A stretch of DNA of 30,565 nt from Cyanobacteria bacterium J06626_4 (GTDB taxonomy: Bacteria > Cyanobacteriota > Cyanobacteriia > Phormidesmidales > Phormidesmidaceae), in NCBI GenBank assembly GCA_038523235.1, contig JBCBJQ010000069.1, positions 1 through 30,565 on the forward strand, read 5' to 3'. Under the pieces are notes generated by a model. That model was not told where the DNA came from and did not search any database. It saw nothing but the letters and a program-made list of their open reading frames with translations. Positions 7,998 to 17,903 of the stretch are shown in pieces. Both the position numbers and the translations under genes were made by a program. Position 1 is the first letter of the stretch, and each line of letters starts with the position of its first letter.

Positions 7998-10316
7998 GTG
8001 TCTGCTAGCCCATCGCCAACTCGTCCCAATCCCTTGCGCCGTCGCTGGCAAACCGTTCGCGATCGCTGGCAGACAACTGCGCCAGAAGTAGAAGATTCGG
8101 TGTTGCTGCGGGGATTGGTGCAGCTGTTGGTGAGCGTTGGGATTGCATCTGTTTCTGTCGCGGCGATGGGCGTCACCGAGGCCTCCTACCTGAATTTGTT
8201 CGCCATTCCCCTTAGCGCGATCGGCGGCTATTGGAGCTGGAAATCGCGTCTTCGCCGGAATGTGGCCGCTAAGTTTTTGATTGCCTTTGGCATGTTGACT
8301 GCCCTGGGCGTGTTTTTGGTAGGTCTAGTGGGAGGCGGCACCGATACTCGAATTCGTCTAGCGGAATTGCTGATTCACCTGCAGGTGTTGCACAGCTTTG
8401 ATATGCCGCGCCGCAAAGACTTAGGCTATTCCATCGTGATTGGCCTGATTTTGTTGGGCGTGGCCGCAACGGTGAGTCAGTCGTTGACCTTTGCACCACT
8501 GCTCATTCTGTTTTTGGCGATCGCTCTGCCCGTCCTGATGCTCGATTATCAGTCACGTTTGGGGTTACAGGCTCCTACCGCGGCGGCAGGGCTGCGAGCG
8601 GCGCCTAAACTCAAGCGTCTGGCCTGGTTACTGGCGCTGGTGATGGGGATCGGATTGACGATTTTTGCGGCCCTACCGCGGCTGCCGGGGTATCAAGTCC
8701 GCAGCTTTCCAATGAGTGCAACGGTTGATTTTCAGGGCGAATTTTCAGGCGATCAGATTATCAATTCCGGCTACGCTTCCGGTAATGCCTTAACTGAAGA
8801 TGCTGAAAATGCGGAGGGTGACAGTACCCAGATTCAAGGCAGCCCGACGGAAGGCCCCGGCGAACTCGATCCCGAAAGGTATTACGGCTTTAACCAGCAG
8901 ATGAACCAAAACCTGCGGGGCACGATGGAGCCGCAAGTGGTTATGCGTGTGCGATCTCAGTCTCCCGGCTTTTGGCGGATGTTGGCCTTTGATTACTACA
9001 CCGGTCAAGGCTGGGAAATCTCCCGCGAGGATGAAGTTGAGATTTTTGAGCGCTCGGCCTATTCTTTGCGCAACTATTTGCCACCTGCCGCCTTCAAAAC
9101 TGGCCGACATAATACTGAAGGTCGAGATCGCGAAGTGGTGCAGACTTACACCATTGTCAGCAATCTACCCAACCTGATTCCGGCCCTTTATCAGGCTGAG
9201 CAGCTATATTTTCCGACGCAGCAAGTGGCGATTGATGCCGAGGGCTCCCTACGAGCCCCCATTCCCCTCTCTCCCGGCGTTACCTACAGCATTATTTCAG
9301 ATGTGCCCTATCGCGATCGCACGCCGCTGGGCACCGCCAGCACGAACTACGCTAGCGACATTCAAAGCATCTATCTGCAGGTACCAGAGGCGATTCGAGA
9401 TCGGGTGCGGCAGCAGACTGAGGCGCTGCTCGCTCAGTCGCCTCAACCGTTGACAAATCCCTACGAGCAGACGCTGTATTTAGCCCAGAGCCTGAAGCAG
9501 AACTACACCATACAAGCTGACCTCCCCTTTTTTGCTGATGCTGAAGACTTGGTAGAAACGTTTCTGTTTACCTATGAAGGCGGCTATCCCGATCATTTTT
9601 CGACCACGTTGACGGTGATGCTCAGAAGCATCGGCATTCCCGCTCGCTTAGTCACAGGATTCGCGCCCGGTCGCTTTAACCCCTTCACGGGCTACTACGT
9701 GGTGAGCAACACTGACGCTTACGCCATGACTGAGGTGTTTTTCCCCGGCTATGGGTGGTTCCCCTTTGATCCGATTCCGGGGCATGAGCTGATTCCGCCT
9801 TCCATTAAAGACAGTCAAACCTTTACCGTGCTGCGCCAGTTCTGGAATTGGGCCGCAGGCTGGTTACCGTCACCGGTCTCGGGCTGGCTTTCCGGGGTGT
9901 TTGCGGCCGCGATTGGTTTGGTAGCGCGACTGGTGAAGTTCTTTACTCAGGGCCTCGTTGGCTTTTTAGCGGCGCTGCTGGCTTTAACGGGATTAGCCTT
10001 TGCGCTGTGGTTGGCGTTGCAGGGTTGGCGACGCTGGCGGCAACGGTGGCACTGGCAGCGATTGCCCGTGGTCGAACGAATTTATCAACAAATGTTGGCG
10101 AACTTGGCCGCGCAGGGCTATCCTAAACGCCCGACTCAAACGCCGCTGGAATATGCGATCGCGCTACGTCGTCACCACCAGTTTCCTCAGGCGGATCAGG
10201 TAATGGCCGTGGTGCAGGCTTACATGCAGTGGCGCTATGGCAATCGACCGGCTGATGCTGATCACCTAGGTCAACAGGTCAAGGCGCTTAAACAAGCATC
10301 ACGACCATTAGCGTAG
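7998..10316 (+). CDS. TgpA-like membrane protein (DUF3488 + transglutaminase-like core + DUF4129)
   Basis: N-terminal multi-TM region; WRMLAFDYYTGQGW; GYPDHFS...MLRSIGIPARLVTGF; GWFPFDP; C-terminal QTPLEY...RYG. GTG at 7998 follows GGAG. Confidence 0.9.
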   Translation: MSASPSPTRPNPLRRRWQTVRDRWQTTAPEVEDSVLLRGLVQLLVSVGIASVSVAAMGVTEASYLNLFAIPLSAIGGYWSWKSRLRRNVAAKFLIAFGMLTALGVFLVGLVGGGTDTRIRLAELLIHLQVLHSFDMPRRKDLGYSIVIGLILLGVAATVSQSLTFAPLLILFLAIALPVLMLDYQSRLGLQAPTAAAGLRAAPKLKRLAWLLALVMGIGLTIFAALPRLPGYQVRSFPMSATVDFQGEFSGDQIINSGYASGNALTEDAENAEGDSTQIQGSPTEGPGELDPERYYGFNQQMNQNLRGTMEPQVVMRVRSQSPGFWRMLAFDYYTGQGWEISREDEVEIFERSAYSLRNYLPPAAFKTGRHNTEGRDREVVQTYTIVSNLPNLIPALYQAEQLYFPTQQVAIDAEGSLRAPIPLSPGVTYSIISDVPYRDRTPLGTASTNYASDIQSIYLQVPEAIRDRVRQQTEALLAQSPQPLTNPYEQTLYLAQSLKQNYTIQADLPFFADAEDLVETFLFTYEGGYPDHFSTTLTVMLRSIGIPARLVTGFAPGRFNPFTGYYVVSNTDAYAMTEVFFPGYGWFPFDPIPGHELIPPSIKDSQTFTVLRQFWNWAAGWLPSPVSGWLSGVFAAAIGLVARLVKFFTQGLVGFLAALLALTGLAFALWLALQGWRRWRQRWHWQRLPVVERIYQQMLANLAAQGYPKRPTQTPLEYAIALRRHHQFPQADQVMAVVQAYMQWRYGNRPADADHLGQQVKALKQASRPLA

Positions 10317-10350
10317 GGTGATTTTAGTGTCGGCAGAAGATAATCTGGGA

Positions 10351-11433
10351 TTATTTTTTACGCAACCCCAAGGCACCCTTGAGGCCTACCCAAGCATTGC
10401 GTAACTGCCACAACCGATTCGCTTCCATCGCTTGTGTCGTGGCTTGCCAATGGTCGGCTTGAGTTTGGGCCTGCATCAGCTGCGCCTGGGTCTGCTGCAG
10501 CTCAATTTGAGCTTTGTGGAGTTCCGCGTGGATTTTCTGTAACTCCACCTGCATCGGTTCCATCTTGGCGGCAATACCCTGCGCGTGACTTGCGGTGAAC
10601 CAATCTTGCAGCACCCAGTCTGGGTGATCGGCCGCAGCGGTTAGGACGGTGATATCGAGCGGCGGCGACTGCGACGGTAGCTCAGCTTGGGTCTCTAACG
10701 CTTGATAAACCTCTAATGCTTGGGGACAGTGCCGTGCAAGCAGTGCGGGACGGTGGGTGTTACTGACCTGGGCATGCATCACACCCGCTTGAAAAACTGT
10801 TTCCGTTGGAGTCGCTAGAGGGCGTTGGAACTTTTCAGCGACACAGTTAAGCCACTGGTGTTCGTCGGTTTTCAAGACATCGCAATTGAACAAAAATGTT
10901 TGGTTAGGATGACGCTGGCAAAAGTTTAGGATGGCTTGGTTATAGGCGATCCACACCTCGGCGGCAAAGTTGGGATTGTGGTGGAAAGCCGGATCGCCTC
11001 TGACAAACAGTGAATCGATCACTTCCCAAGGCACCCGGTAGGGAAAGACAAACTGCGCATCTGGCAGCAAACCGGCCCAAAACTCTAAAAATAGGGTGGT
11101 TCTAGGCTCTTTCCAGCCCCAGAGGTCGAACTCATGGGTGCGGCGATCGCACAACGCCATCGCCTGAGCCCAAAACTGCTGGGGGACGTCAACGTTGCCG
11201 AGAGTCGTCCAGCCTTCGGTACTCAGGCCTTGAGAGATGAGAATTTCTTGATGCAGAGACAAAAAATCTTTGTCTTCAAAATGGCCCTGGGGATTGCCCG
11301 TGTTTGCCCCCAATAGCTCATTGCCGACGTTGACACCGGCTTTTTTCAGAATTGCCGCTGTCAATGACGTGCCCGAACGATGCATCCCAGCGATGATGAC
11401 TGGCTGATGGTTCGTCTTATCTTGCTGTCGCAT
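10351..11433 (-). CDS. PAPS-dependent sulfotransferase family protein with C-terminal coiled coil
   Basis: 5'-PSB loop IIAGMHRSGTS, GHFED, WGWKEPRT, 3'-PB-like YRVPWEVIDS; Gln-rich heptads near the C-terminus. Confidence 0.85.
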   Translation of the reverse strand: MRQQDKTNHQPVIIAGMHRSGTSLTAAILKKAGVNVGNELLGANTGNPQGHFEDKDFLSLHQEILISQGLSTEGWTTLGNVDVPQQFWAQAMALCDRRTHEFDLWGWKEPRTTLFLEFWAGLLPDAQFVFPYRVPWEVIDSLFVRGDPAFHHNPNFAAEVWIAYNQAILNFCQRHPNQTFLFNCDVLKTDEHQWLNCVAEKFQRPLATPTETVFQAGVMHAQVSNTHRPALLARHCPQALEVYQALETQAELPSQSPPLDITVLTAAADHPDWVLQDWFTASHAQGIAAKMEPMQVELQKIHAELHKAQIELQQTQAQLMQAQTQADHWQATTQAMEANRLWQLRNAWVGLKGALGLRKK

Positions 11434-11471
11434 GACCTAAAAAATATCGATTAATCGGGGTTGAAAACCGC

Positions 11472-12845
11472 TCAAACCACTGCTGAAGTGGTCACAACGC
11501 GGGCAACAGCCTGAAAGTCTACCGTTCCGGTTGCCTTCAACTCCACCTCGGGCTGCACCTTAAACATGACGGCGTCGATCGCCCTGTCCAAATATACATC
11601 TTCGCCATTGACATCACCCCTGACCCCCGCATTCAGAAAGTATGTGCCCGGCAACAGAGCACAGGCAAATTCAAACTCAACATCGATTAAACTGCCTGCC
11701 GCCACGTGGTCAAGTCGCTGCCGCATCCCGTGAGAAACGGCTCCTCCCAGCTCAAAGCCCGTGAGCGTTTTGATCATCATGCCAAACTGTACCTGCCAGG
11801 CGGCGTCTACAAAATAGGCCTTATAGCTGTAGATGTAGGTTTCGTTGCGCAATAAAAGGTTGGCGGGCTGACCGTCAACGGTCTTAATCTCAGGACTTTT
11901 AATGCGGGCACCGCGCGACTGATATTGCACGCTATGTTGCGGTAGCAAGTAGGGGTCGTAGAGCGATCGCCGGGTATCAGCCGTGGCGACTACTTCCGGA
12001 CGGTGGGCCGTAGTGGCGATTTCCGCTTCAGCGGCCTGCCCTGAGGCCAAAGCAGAGGAGTTGTTGGGTTCGGCCTGAAAGGCGCGGCGCAACTCCTCAC
12101 GCTGATTAGCCGGGGCATAAATAAACTTTTGATAGTTGGCGATCACGGTTTTCGGCAGGCCCTTTAGAACCACTTCGCCCGCATCAATTAAAACGGCATG
12201 GTCGCACAGTTCGACAATGGAGCCAGCGGAATGGGAGACAAAGAGCACGGTCGCCCCTTGGGCCTGCATGTCATAGATGCGGGCAAAGCATTTGCGCTGG
12301 AAAGCTTCATCGCCGACCGAGAGGGCCTCATCCACAATGAGAATGTCGGGCTCAGCATTGATTGCCACGGCAAACGCCAGCCGCACAAACATGCCGCTAG
12401 AGTAAGTGCGCACCGGCTGATCCATAAAGCTACCGATGTCGGCAAATGCCGCAATGTCATCAAATTTGGCGGCGATTTCGGCTTGCGAGAGGCCCAAAAT
12501 CCGTCCGTTGAAAAAGGTGTTCTGTCGCCCCGTAAATTCGGGATTAAAGCCGCTGCCCAGCTCCAGCAGAGCGGACACGCGACCGTGAACCTGTAGCTGA
12601 CCTGAGGTCGCCTGTAGGGTACCGGCAATAATCTGCAGCAGTGTGCTTTTGCCGGAGCCGTTGCGGCCAACAATGCCGACGGTGTCACCTTGAGGAATCT
12701 CTAAACTAATGTTGCGCAGTGCCCAAAACTCTTCGGCTCGAGGTTTGCCTGGCAGCAAAACCTCTCGCAGGCGATCGACCGGACGATGGTAACGCTTGTA
12801 GACCTTAGAAATCTGGCTGAGCGAAATGGCCGGTTCGTTAGACAT
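11472..12845 (-). CDS. wzt: Polysaccharide ABC exporter ATPase with C-terminal Wzt_C-type domain
   Basis: GRNGSGKST, ALLELGSGFNPEFTG, YSSGM, ILIVDEALSVGD, VSH; C-terminal beta-rich domain with LLPGTYFL. Confidence 0.93.
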   Translation of the reverse strand: MSNEPAISLSQISKVYKRYHRPVDRLREVLLPGKPRAEEFWALRNISLEIPQGDTVGIVGRNGSGKSTLLQIIAGTLQATSGQLQVHGRVSALLELGSGFNPEFTGRQNTFFNGRILGLSQAEIAAKFDDIAAFADIGSFMDQPVRTYSSGMFVRLAFAVAINAEPDILIVDEALSVGDEAFQRKCFARIYDMQAQGATVLFVSHSAGSIVELCDHAVLIDAGEVVLKGLPKTVIANYQKFIYAPANQREELRRAFQAEPNNSSALASGQAAEAEIATTAHRPEVVATADTRRSLYDPYLLPQHSVQYQSRGARIKSPEIKTVDGQPANLLLRNETYIYSYKAYFVDAAWQVQFGMMIKTLTGFELGGAVSHGMRQRLDHVAAGSLIDVEFEFACALLPGTYFLNAGVRGDVNGEDVYLDRAIDAVMFKVQPEVELKATGTVDFQAVARVVTTSAVV

Positions 12846-12995
12846 CAAAGACGACTCCAGCCAGGGGCGCGATCGCTAGCCAACCAGGCCCAGGGCGCGA
12901 TGAGACTTGATTCAGGGCCGTGCGACGGCATTGCAGCATGGGGGCGCGATCGCGTAGCGATGAATTTAGCTGCCGGGGAGGATGTAGCATCAGAT

Positions 12996-13889
12996 TCATA
13001 ACACATCGGCAAACGCCAGCTTCAGCTTGTGATAGCACCAGCCCCCACCGATAAATAGGCCGGCGGCAATGAGCGTGGCAATGGCCCATTCGCCCCAGTG
13101 GGTGACATCACCAATCAAGATAACGTCGCGATACATTTCCCCGATCGCCGCTAAGGGATTCAGCCAAAAAATCCAGCTTTGCAGGGGTTGCGGAATCATT
13201 GTGACGGGATAGATCAGGGGCGTTGCGTAAAACCACAGGTTCAAGGCCACCGTCAGCGTTTGGGGAATGTCGCGAATAAAGACCGTCAGTCCTGCGGCAC
13301 CAAAGCCTAACCCGGCCGTTAAGAGCAGCTGGGGTAGCCACACCAAAGGCAGCAGCAGCAGTGTCGGATGCACCGCCTGATGAAAAATAGCGACAAACAC
13401 TATCAGTACCATTATGCCCAAGGTGCTTTCTAAAAAGCTGGCGAGGACGGGCACCAGCGGTAGCAGACTGAGGGGGAACACCACCTTTTTGACTAAGTTT
13501 GGCTGGCTAATGACCGCTGTGGATGCCTGCATCAAGCCATTGTTAAAGGCGAGCCAGGGAATCAATCCGGCAAACAGCCAGAGCCCAAAGGTAAAGGAAC
13601 TGTCGGTGGGCGATCCGTTGAGGTTGAGCTTGACGCCCAACACAATCGAAAAGACGTAGGTGTAGATCAACAGCAGGGCGATTTGGTGCATCAGGGGCCA
13701 CAGGTTGCCCAAGATTGAACCTTTGTAGCGAGCTGACAAGTGTCGCTGTACCAGGGTTTTGAGCAACGCGAGTTGAGCCCAGTGTGTCTCATCCACCGGC
13801 AGGCGCTTTTTCCAGCGAGAAAGTTGACGTTGGAACCTTTCGCCGCTGGATTTTAGAGATGTTTTTAGGGGCTTTTGTACACCCGCCAT
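12996..13889 (-). CDS. wzm: Polysaccharide ABC exporter permease
   Basis: RYKGSILGNLW, NLVKKVVFP, RDIPQ, WFYATPLIYP, LNPL, terminal FADVL. Confidence 0.93.
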   Translation of the reverse strand: MAGVQKPLKTSLKSSGERFQRQLSRWKKRLPVDETHWAQLALLKTLVQRHLSARYKGSILGNLWPLMHQIALLLIYTYVFSIVLGVKLNLNGSPTDSSFTFGLWLFAGLIPWLAFNNGLMQASTAVISQPNLVKKVVFPLSLLPLVPVLASFLESTLGIMVLIVFVAIFHQAVHPTLLLLPLVWLPQLLLTAGLGFGAAGLTVFIRDIPQTLTVALNLWFYATPLIYPVTMIPQPLQSWIFWLNPLAAIGEMYRDVILIGDVTHWGEWAIATLIAAGLFIGGGWCYHKLKLAFADVL

Positions 13890-14141
13890 CTGGAAGTGTC
13901 CTTAGCTCAGGAACGCAGCCATCAAAAACCGATGATGACTGTTTAGCGGCAAAGGTTCCCGCCGCTGGGGTTCAGCCGTGCGATCAGGATATCAAGCTAT
14001 TAGACCTGCAACATACTTTATGGCGGAATGATTTGGTCGCGATTTCTTACGCTGAATGCGCTCTTGCTGATACCCTGCCTCCGATGCGCCGATCGCTTGA
14101 TTAGGGCCAGTACTGCCCAATTCAGAACTGCGCCCCCGTGC

Positions 14142-15359
14142 CTATGCCGATAATGTACCCTCTAAGTCATACTGACGGCCCCGCCAAGATTTGGGGGTGC
14201 GGAGCGAAGACAGCCAAATTCGCAATACCGCTAGGGGATCGGCCAGCGGCGATAGCCAAAACACCCAACGACGCTTAGCCTGACTCAGATCATAGGATGG
14301 CAAAATTGCCCATTGCAGGGCGATGCGGGCCGCAATCAGACTGACATTGAGGCCTAAGCTCAGCTGTATGGGCAGGGTGGGCTGGTCGGCAGCTAAGCCC
14401 GCGAGCAAAATCGGCAGCGCCAGCCATGGCAAAGCCTGTACGCAGGTCAAAAACCACAGATCGCCCCAGATCTGACCGGTGGAAGAAGCATCTTTGAGAT
14501 CCAGCGATCGCCCCCATTCTTGCCAAGTTTCTGACAACCCTTCATACATCCGCACCTTCAGGAGTTGGGAGCCGTCCCAAAACCCGACTTTGGCTCCGGT
14601 CTGAGCGGCATGGCGGGCCAGCGTCACATCATCACAAAACGACAGCCGCGCCACCGTATAGCCTCCTAAGCGATCTAGCAGTTGCCGCCGACAGAGAAAG
14701 CATTGGCCGTTGGCCATCACCCGTTCCGCCCCACTTTCAGACGCGCCCGTTGGGCCAAAGCGATAGACCAGGGTCATCAGCAAAGCGGGCTGTAGCCAAA
14801 CCTCCCCCGGACTTTTCAAAATAAATCGGGGCGACAAGGAGACCAGATCATAGTTTTCGGTCGCCGCCGCCGCCATCAAAGCGGCCACCAAGCCAGGTTG
14901 CGGCTGCGTGTCCGCGTCGAGCCCCAAAATCCACTCGCTCTCAGCAGAACTGTGTAAATAGCCGTGATGCAGCGCCCAAGGACGACCGACCCAGGCGGGT
15001 GGTAACGGATCGTCCGTCATCAGTTGCAGGCGGGATTCCTGGGCTTGAGCGGCTTTGACCAAATCGCGAGTGCCATCCTGAGAATGGCTATCGACGATCA
15101 AGATTTCGCGGACCTCATCGGTCTGCTGCGATAACCCCTGAAGACAAGGGCCGAGGCGCGCCACTTCATTCAAGGTGGGCACGACTACACTCACTGCGCC
15201 CTTTTGTTCGGGGGTGGCTAGGCGAGGCTGCAATGGGGGACGGCGCGTCGGGCCTTTGAGTAAGCGTGACAACAACACCATGACAGCGGGGAGCTGTAGC
15301 GTCAGTAGGAGCAGCGCGATCGCACTACTCAGCCACCCCGACAAATCGATCAAGAACAT
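14142..15359 (-). CDS. cruG: GT2 carotenoid (myxoxanthophyll) 2'-O-glycosyltransferase
   Basis: VVVPTLNE, LGLDAD, MANGQCFL, CDDVTLAR, WQEWGRSLDLKD; directly downstream of cruF. Confidence 0.88.
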   Translation of the reverse strand: MFLIDLSGWLSSAIALLLLTLQLPAVMVLLSRLLKGPTRRPPLQPRLATPEQKGAVSVVVPTLNEVARLGPCLQGLSQQTDEVREILIVDSHSQDGTRDLVKAAQAQESRLQLMTDDPLPPAWVGRPWALHHGYLHSSAESEWILGLDADTQPQPGLVAALMAAAATENYDLVSLSPRFILKSPGEVWLQPALLMTLVYRFGPTGASESGAERVMANGQCFLCRRQLLDRLGGYTVARLSFCDDVTLARHAAQTGAKVGFWDGSQLLKVRMYEGLSETWQEWGRSLDLKDASSTGQIWGDLWFLTCVQALPWLALPILLAGLAADQPTLPIQLSLGLNVSLIAARIALQWAILPSYDLSQAKRRWVFWLSPLADPLAVLRIWLSSLRTPKSWRGRQYDLEGTLSA

Positions 15360-15383
15360 GCAATGAACTCTGGGGGGAACTTT

Positions 15384-16307
15384 CTATTTAGAGGCAGTCG
15401 CTGGCGTTGCGGTCATTTCGAGCACCGGTAAATCGGGCTGCGGTTCAGCCGTTAGGTCGATCACCAGTCGGTCATCAGGGGCCAGCAGCCAACAGATTAC
15501 CGCCGGTAGCACCCCAACGACTAGGCCCAACAAAATGGGTACATAGATGCCACCACCCAGACTCATGAACATGGCGAAGGCAAAGTTGGTCAGATACATG
15601 ATCAAGGGCAATACGAGCTGCTGCTTCGTCAACCCCATCAGGCGTTCATTCTGTCGCCATAGAACAGCCGCCACCGTCATAAAGACAGCGCCCGTGCAAA
15701 ACCAACCGGCAAAGTTTTCATAGGGCATGCCAAAGAATGCGCCGGGCTGGTGCCAGTACCAAAAAGGCATCGCTGTTTGACTCATGGCTGGGTCTAAGAC
15801 AAAGTCCCACGACATCAGCAGCAAGGCCCCAACGGCAATCGCGGCCCCCTGCCGCCACCATGACCCCCGAATGGCCATCAGACCGCCCCGCGCCAACAAA
15901 TAAGACGAAATGCCTAGATAAAACCAAGAGAGGGGAATCGTGAAGGGGACAAGACCCGCAATTTTGTAGCCCAAGCCGTTGAGATAGCTATAGTCACCAA
16001 AGGGAAACCCGGTACTGGTGCCCGACAATTCACTCGATAGCGAGATGGCGATCGCCGGCAGCAAGAACGCCAGCAGTGCTTTCCAGCCATAAACTCGACG
16101 GGTGTAGAGCGCTACGGCGATCGTGCCTAACACGATATAAACCACACCGCCGCCTGCCATACTCCAGCGATACAGCAGGGCACCCGCAGGCAAATACGCC
16201 AAAATCTCAGGGTGGGGCATGACCCACAGTAGCCCTGCCAGCCCAAAGGCCATCGAGAGCACGTGGCCCCAGAGGCACCACTTTTCTATGCGCATCAACC
16301 GAGTCAT
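15384..16307 (-). CDS. cruF: Gamma-carotene 1'-hydroxylase / carotenoid 1,2-hydratase
   Basis: ELSGTSTGFPFGDYSY, VPFTIPLSWF, WDFVLDPAM, FFGMPYENFAGW; multi-TM. Confidence 0.92.
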   Translation of the reverse strand: MTRLMRIEKWCLWGHVLSMAFGLAGLLWVMPHPEILAYLPAGALLYRWSMAGGGVVYIVLGTIAVALYTRRVYGWKALLAFLLPAIAISLSSELSGTSTGFPFGDYSYLNGLGYKIAGLVPFTIPLSWFYLGISSYLLARGGLMAIRGSWWRQGAAIAVGALLLMSWDFVLDPAMSQTAMPFWYWHQPGAFFGMPYENFAGWFCTGAVFMTVAAVLWRQNERLMGLTKQQLVLPLIMYLTNFAFAMFMSLGGGIYVPILLGLVVGVLPAVICWLLAPDDRLVIDLTAEPQPDLPVLEMTATPATASK

Positions 16308-16721
16308 GTCTGAATAAACCTCAAACTGCGTTTTTCAGTCGCTTTCAATCCGCCGTAGTCAGGAGGCTGCAACATTTCTTATTGGAATCGTGCCCCACTT
16401 CTCAGATTTTGTAAAGTTTTTGGGGATCTGTCTGGCTGTTCTGGGGATTGAATGGACGATATTCACCGTACGCCTGAACTTAGGCCAATGTAGTGACTTT
16501 TGCTGCCATTTTCACGACGGCGTGTTGATTGCTCACTGCTTGATGCCAAGGTAGCGCGATTTCGTTTTCTATGAAGACTGGATATCGCCCGGGGTGGCGA
16601 CCAATTGAGGTGAGCCTACCGATTGGCTGCGAGCAGGGGGACAAAGTTCTTATAGACTGACCCTTTAGACAAGCAATCAGGCCAGTGATGACCTGATTGT
16701 CGTGGATATCTTCGGAGAACA

Positions 16722-17903
16722 GTGGCAGTGATGATGCTCGTTTGGTTGCTAGGAGCGATCGCCTTCGTGGGGCTGTTGGGTTGGGCCGGCCTGGAATGGC
16801 AATATCGCCAGCGCGCGGGTAATCGCTTGGCCTTTGCTGCCGGGCAGTGGAATATTGAGCAGTTTGAGGCCGATCACTACCAAATTGTGGGTACCCCAGA
16901 GCTGATCAATCGCACCCCAGCGTCCGAGATCATGGTGCCAGAACTGACCGCTGAGACTACCCTGCTGTCTCAAGGTTCTCTGGACGGCATTCAGGTGCGG
17001 GTCACCATCACCACCGCCCATCCCGACGCGGAGCCGCGCCCCGATGGCTATTGGTTCGCCTATATCGTCAAACTCCAAAAGCGCACCCAGTTCAGAGTCA
17101 AGGTGGAAATCACTGGCCCCGACTTACGATCGCTCAAGGCCCTCTGGGTGCGGGTGCATTATTTGACCTACGGTCCCGGTGGCCGTTACCCGCAAATTGG
17201 TCACGTCATTGTTCCTCTCAAGTTTCCGATACCCGAAGCCACGCCCGCTTGGCGAGAGACCTCCCAAGCCCAGGTATTACCGATTCCGACTCATTTGTTG
17301 ACCCATCTGGATTCGCCGGTTGAAGTGGTAAAACGGTACGTCGCCGCCCACGCCCAGCCGGGTGACACGATTACCCTGGGCGAAACGCCGGTCGCCATTA
17401 TGCAGGGACGCTGGCGGCATCCTTCGACGATTCAACCCGGTTGGTTAGCACGGCGGTTGTGCTACTACTTTTTGCCGACCTCCAGTCTGGCGACGGCCTG
17501 CGGTCTCCAGACGCTGGTGGATATTGTCGGCGCTTGGCGGGTTTTCTTTGCCTTTGTGGGGGGAGCCTTTATGAAGGCAGTGCTGCGACGAGGGGGGGGG
17601 TTTTATCAGCTTGCCGGCGATCAGGCCCGGCTGATTGATGACGTGACCGGCACCTTACCCCCCTACGATCAGTTTGTGGTGATGGGGCCAGCGTCGCCCC
17701 AGCTGGTCGTCGATGAGATTGAAAAAGCCACTGGGTTAGGTGCCGCCATTGTTGACGTTAATGATTTGAAGGCGGTCAAAATTGTTGCGGCCAGCGCGAG
17801 TGTACGGGCTGACGTCACTGCTCAAGCCTTGATCGACAATCCGGCTGGCAACGCGGATGAGCAAACGCCTCTAGTGCTCATTCGTCCGCTCAAGTCGTCA
17901 TAG
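16722..17903 (+). CDS. F420-0:gamma-glutamyl ligase (CofE)-like protein with N-terminal TM anchor
   Basis: PIPTHLL, GETPVAIMQGR, IDDVTGTLPPYD, AIVDVNDL, DNPAGNADEQTPLVLIRP; GTG start follows GGAG. Confidence 0.8.
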   Translation: MAVMMLVWLLGAIAFVGLLGWAGLEWQYRQRAGNRLAFAAGQWNIEQFEADHYQIVGTPELINRTPASEIMVPELTAETTLLSQGSLDGIQVRVTITTAHPDAEPRPDGYWFAYIVKLQKRTQFRVKVEITGPDLRSLKALWVRVHYLTYGPGGRYPQIGHVIVPLKFPIPEATPAWRETSQAQVLPIPTHLLTHLDSPVEVVKRYVAAHAQPGDTITLGETPVAIMQGRWRHPSTIQPGWLARRLCYYFLPTSSLATACGLQTLVDIVGAWRVFFAFVGGAFMKAVLRRGGGFYQLAGDQARLIDDVTGTLPPYDQFVVMGPASPQLVVDEIEKATGLGAAIVDVNDLKAVKIVAASASVRADVTAQALIDNPAGNADEQTPLVLIRPLKSS

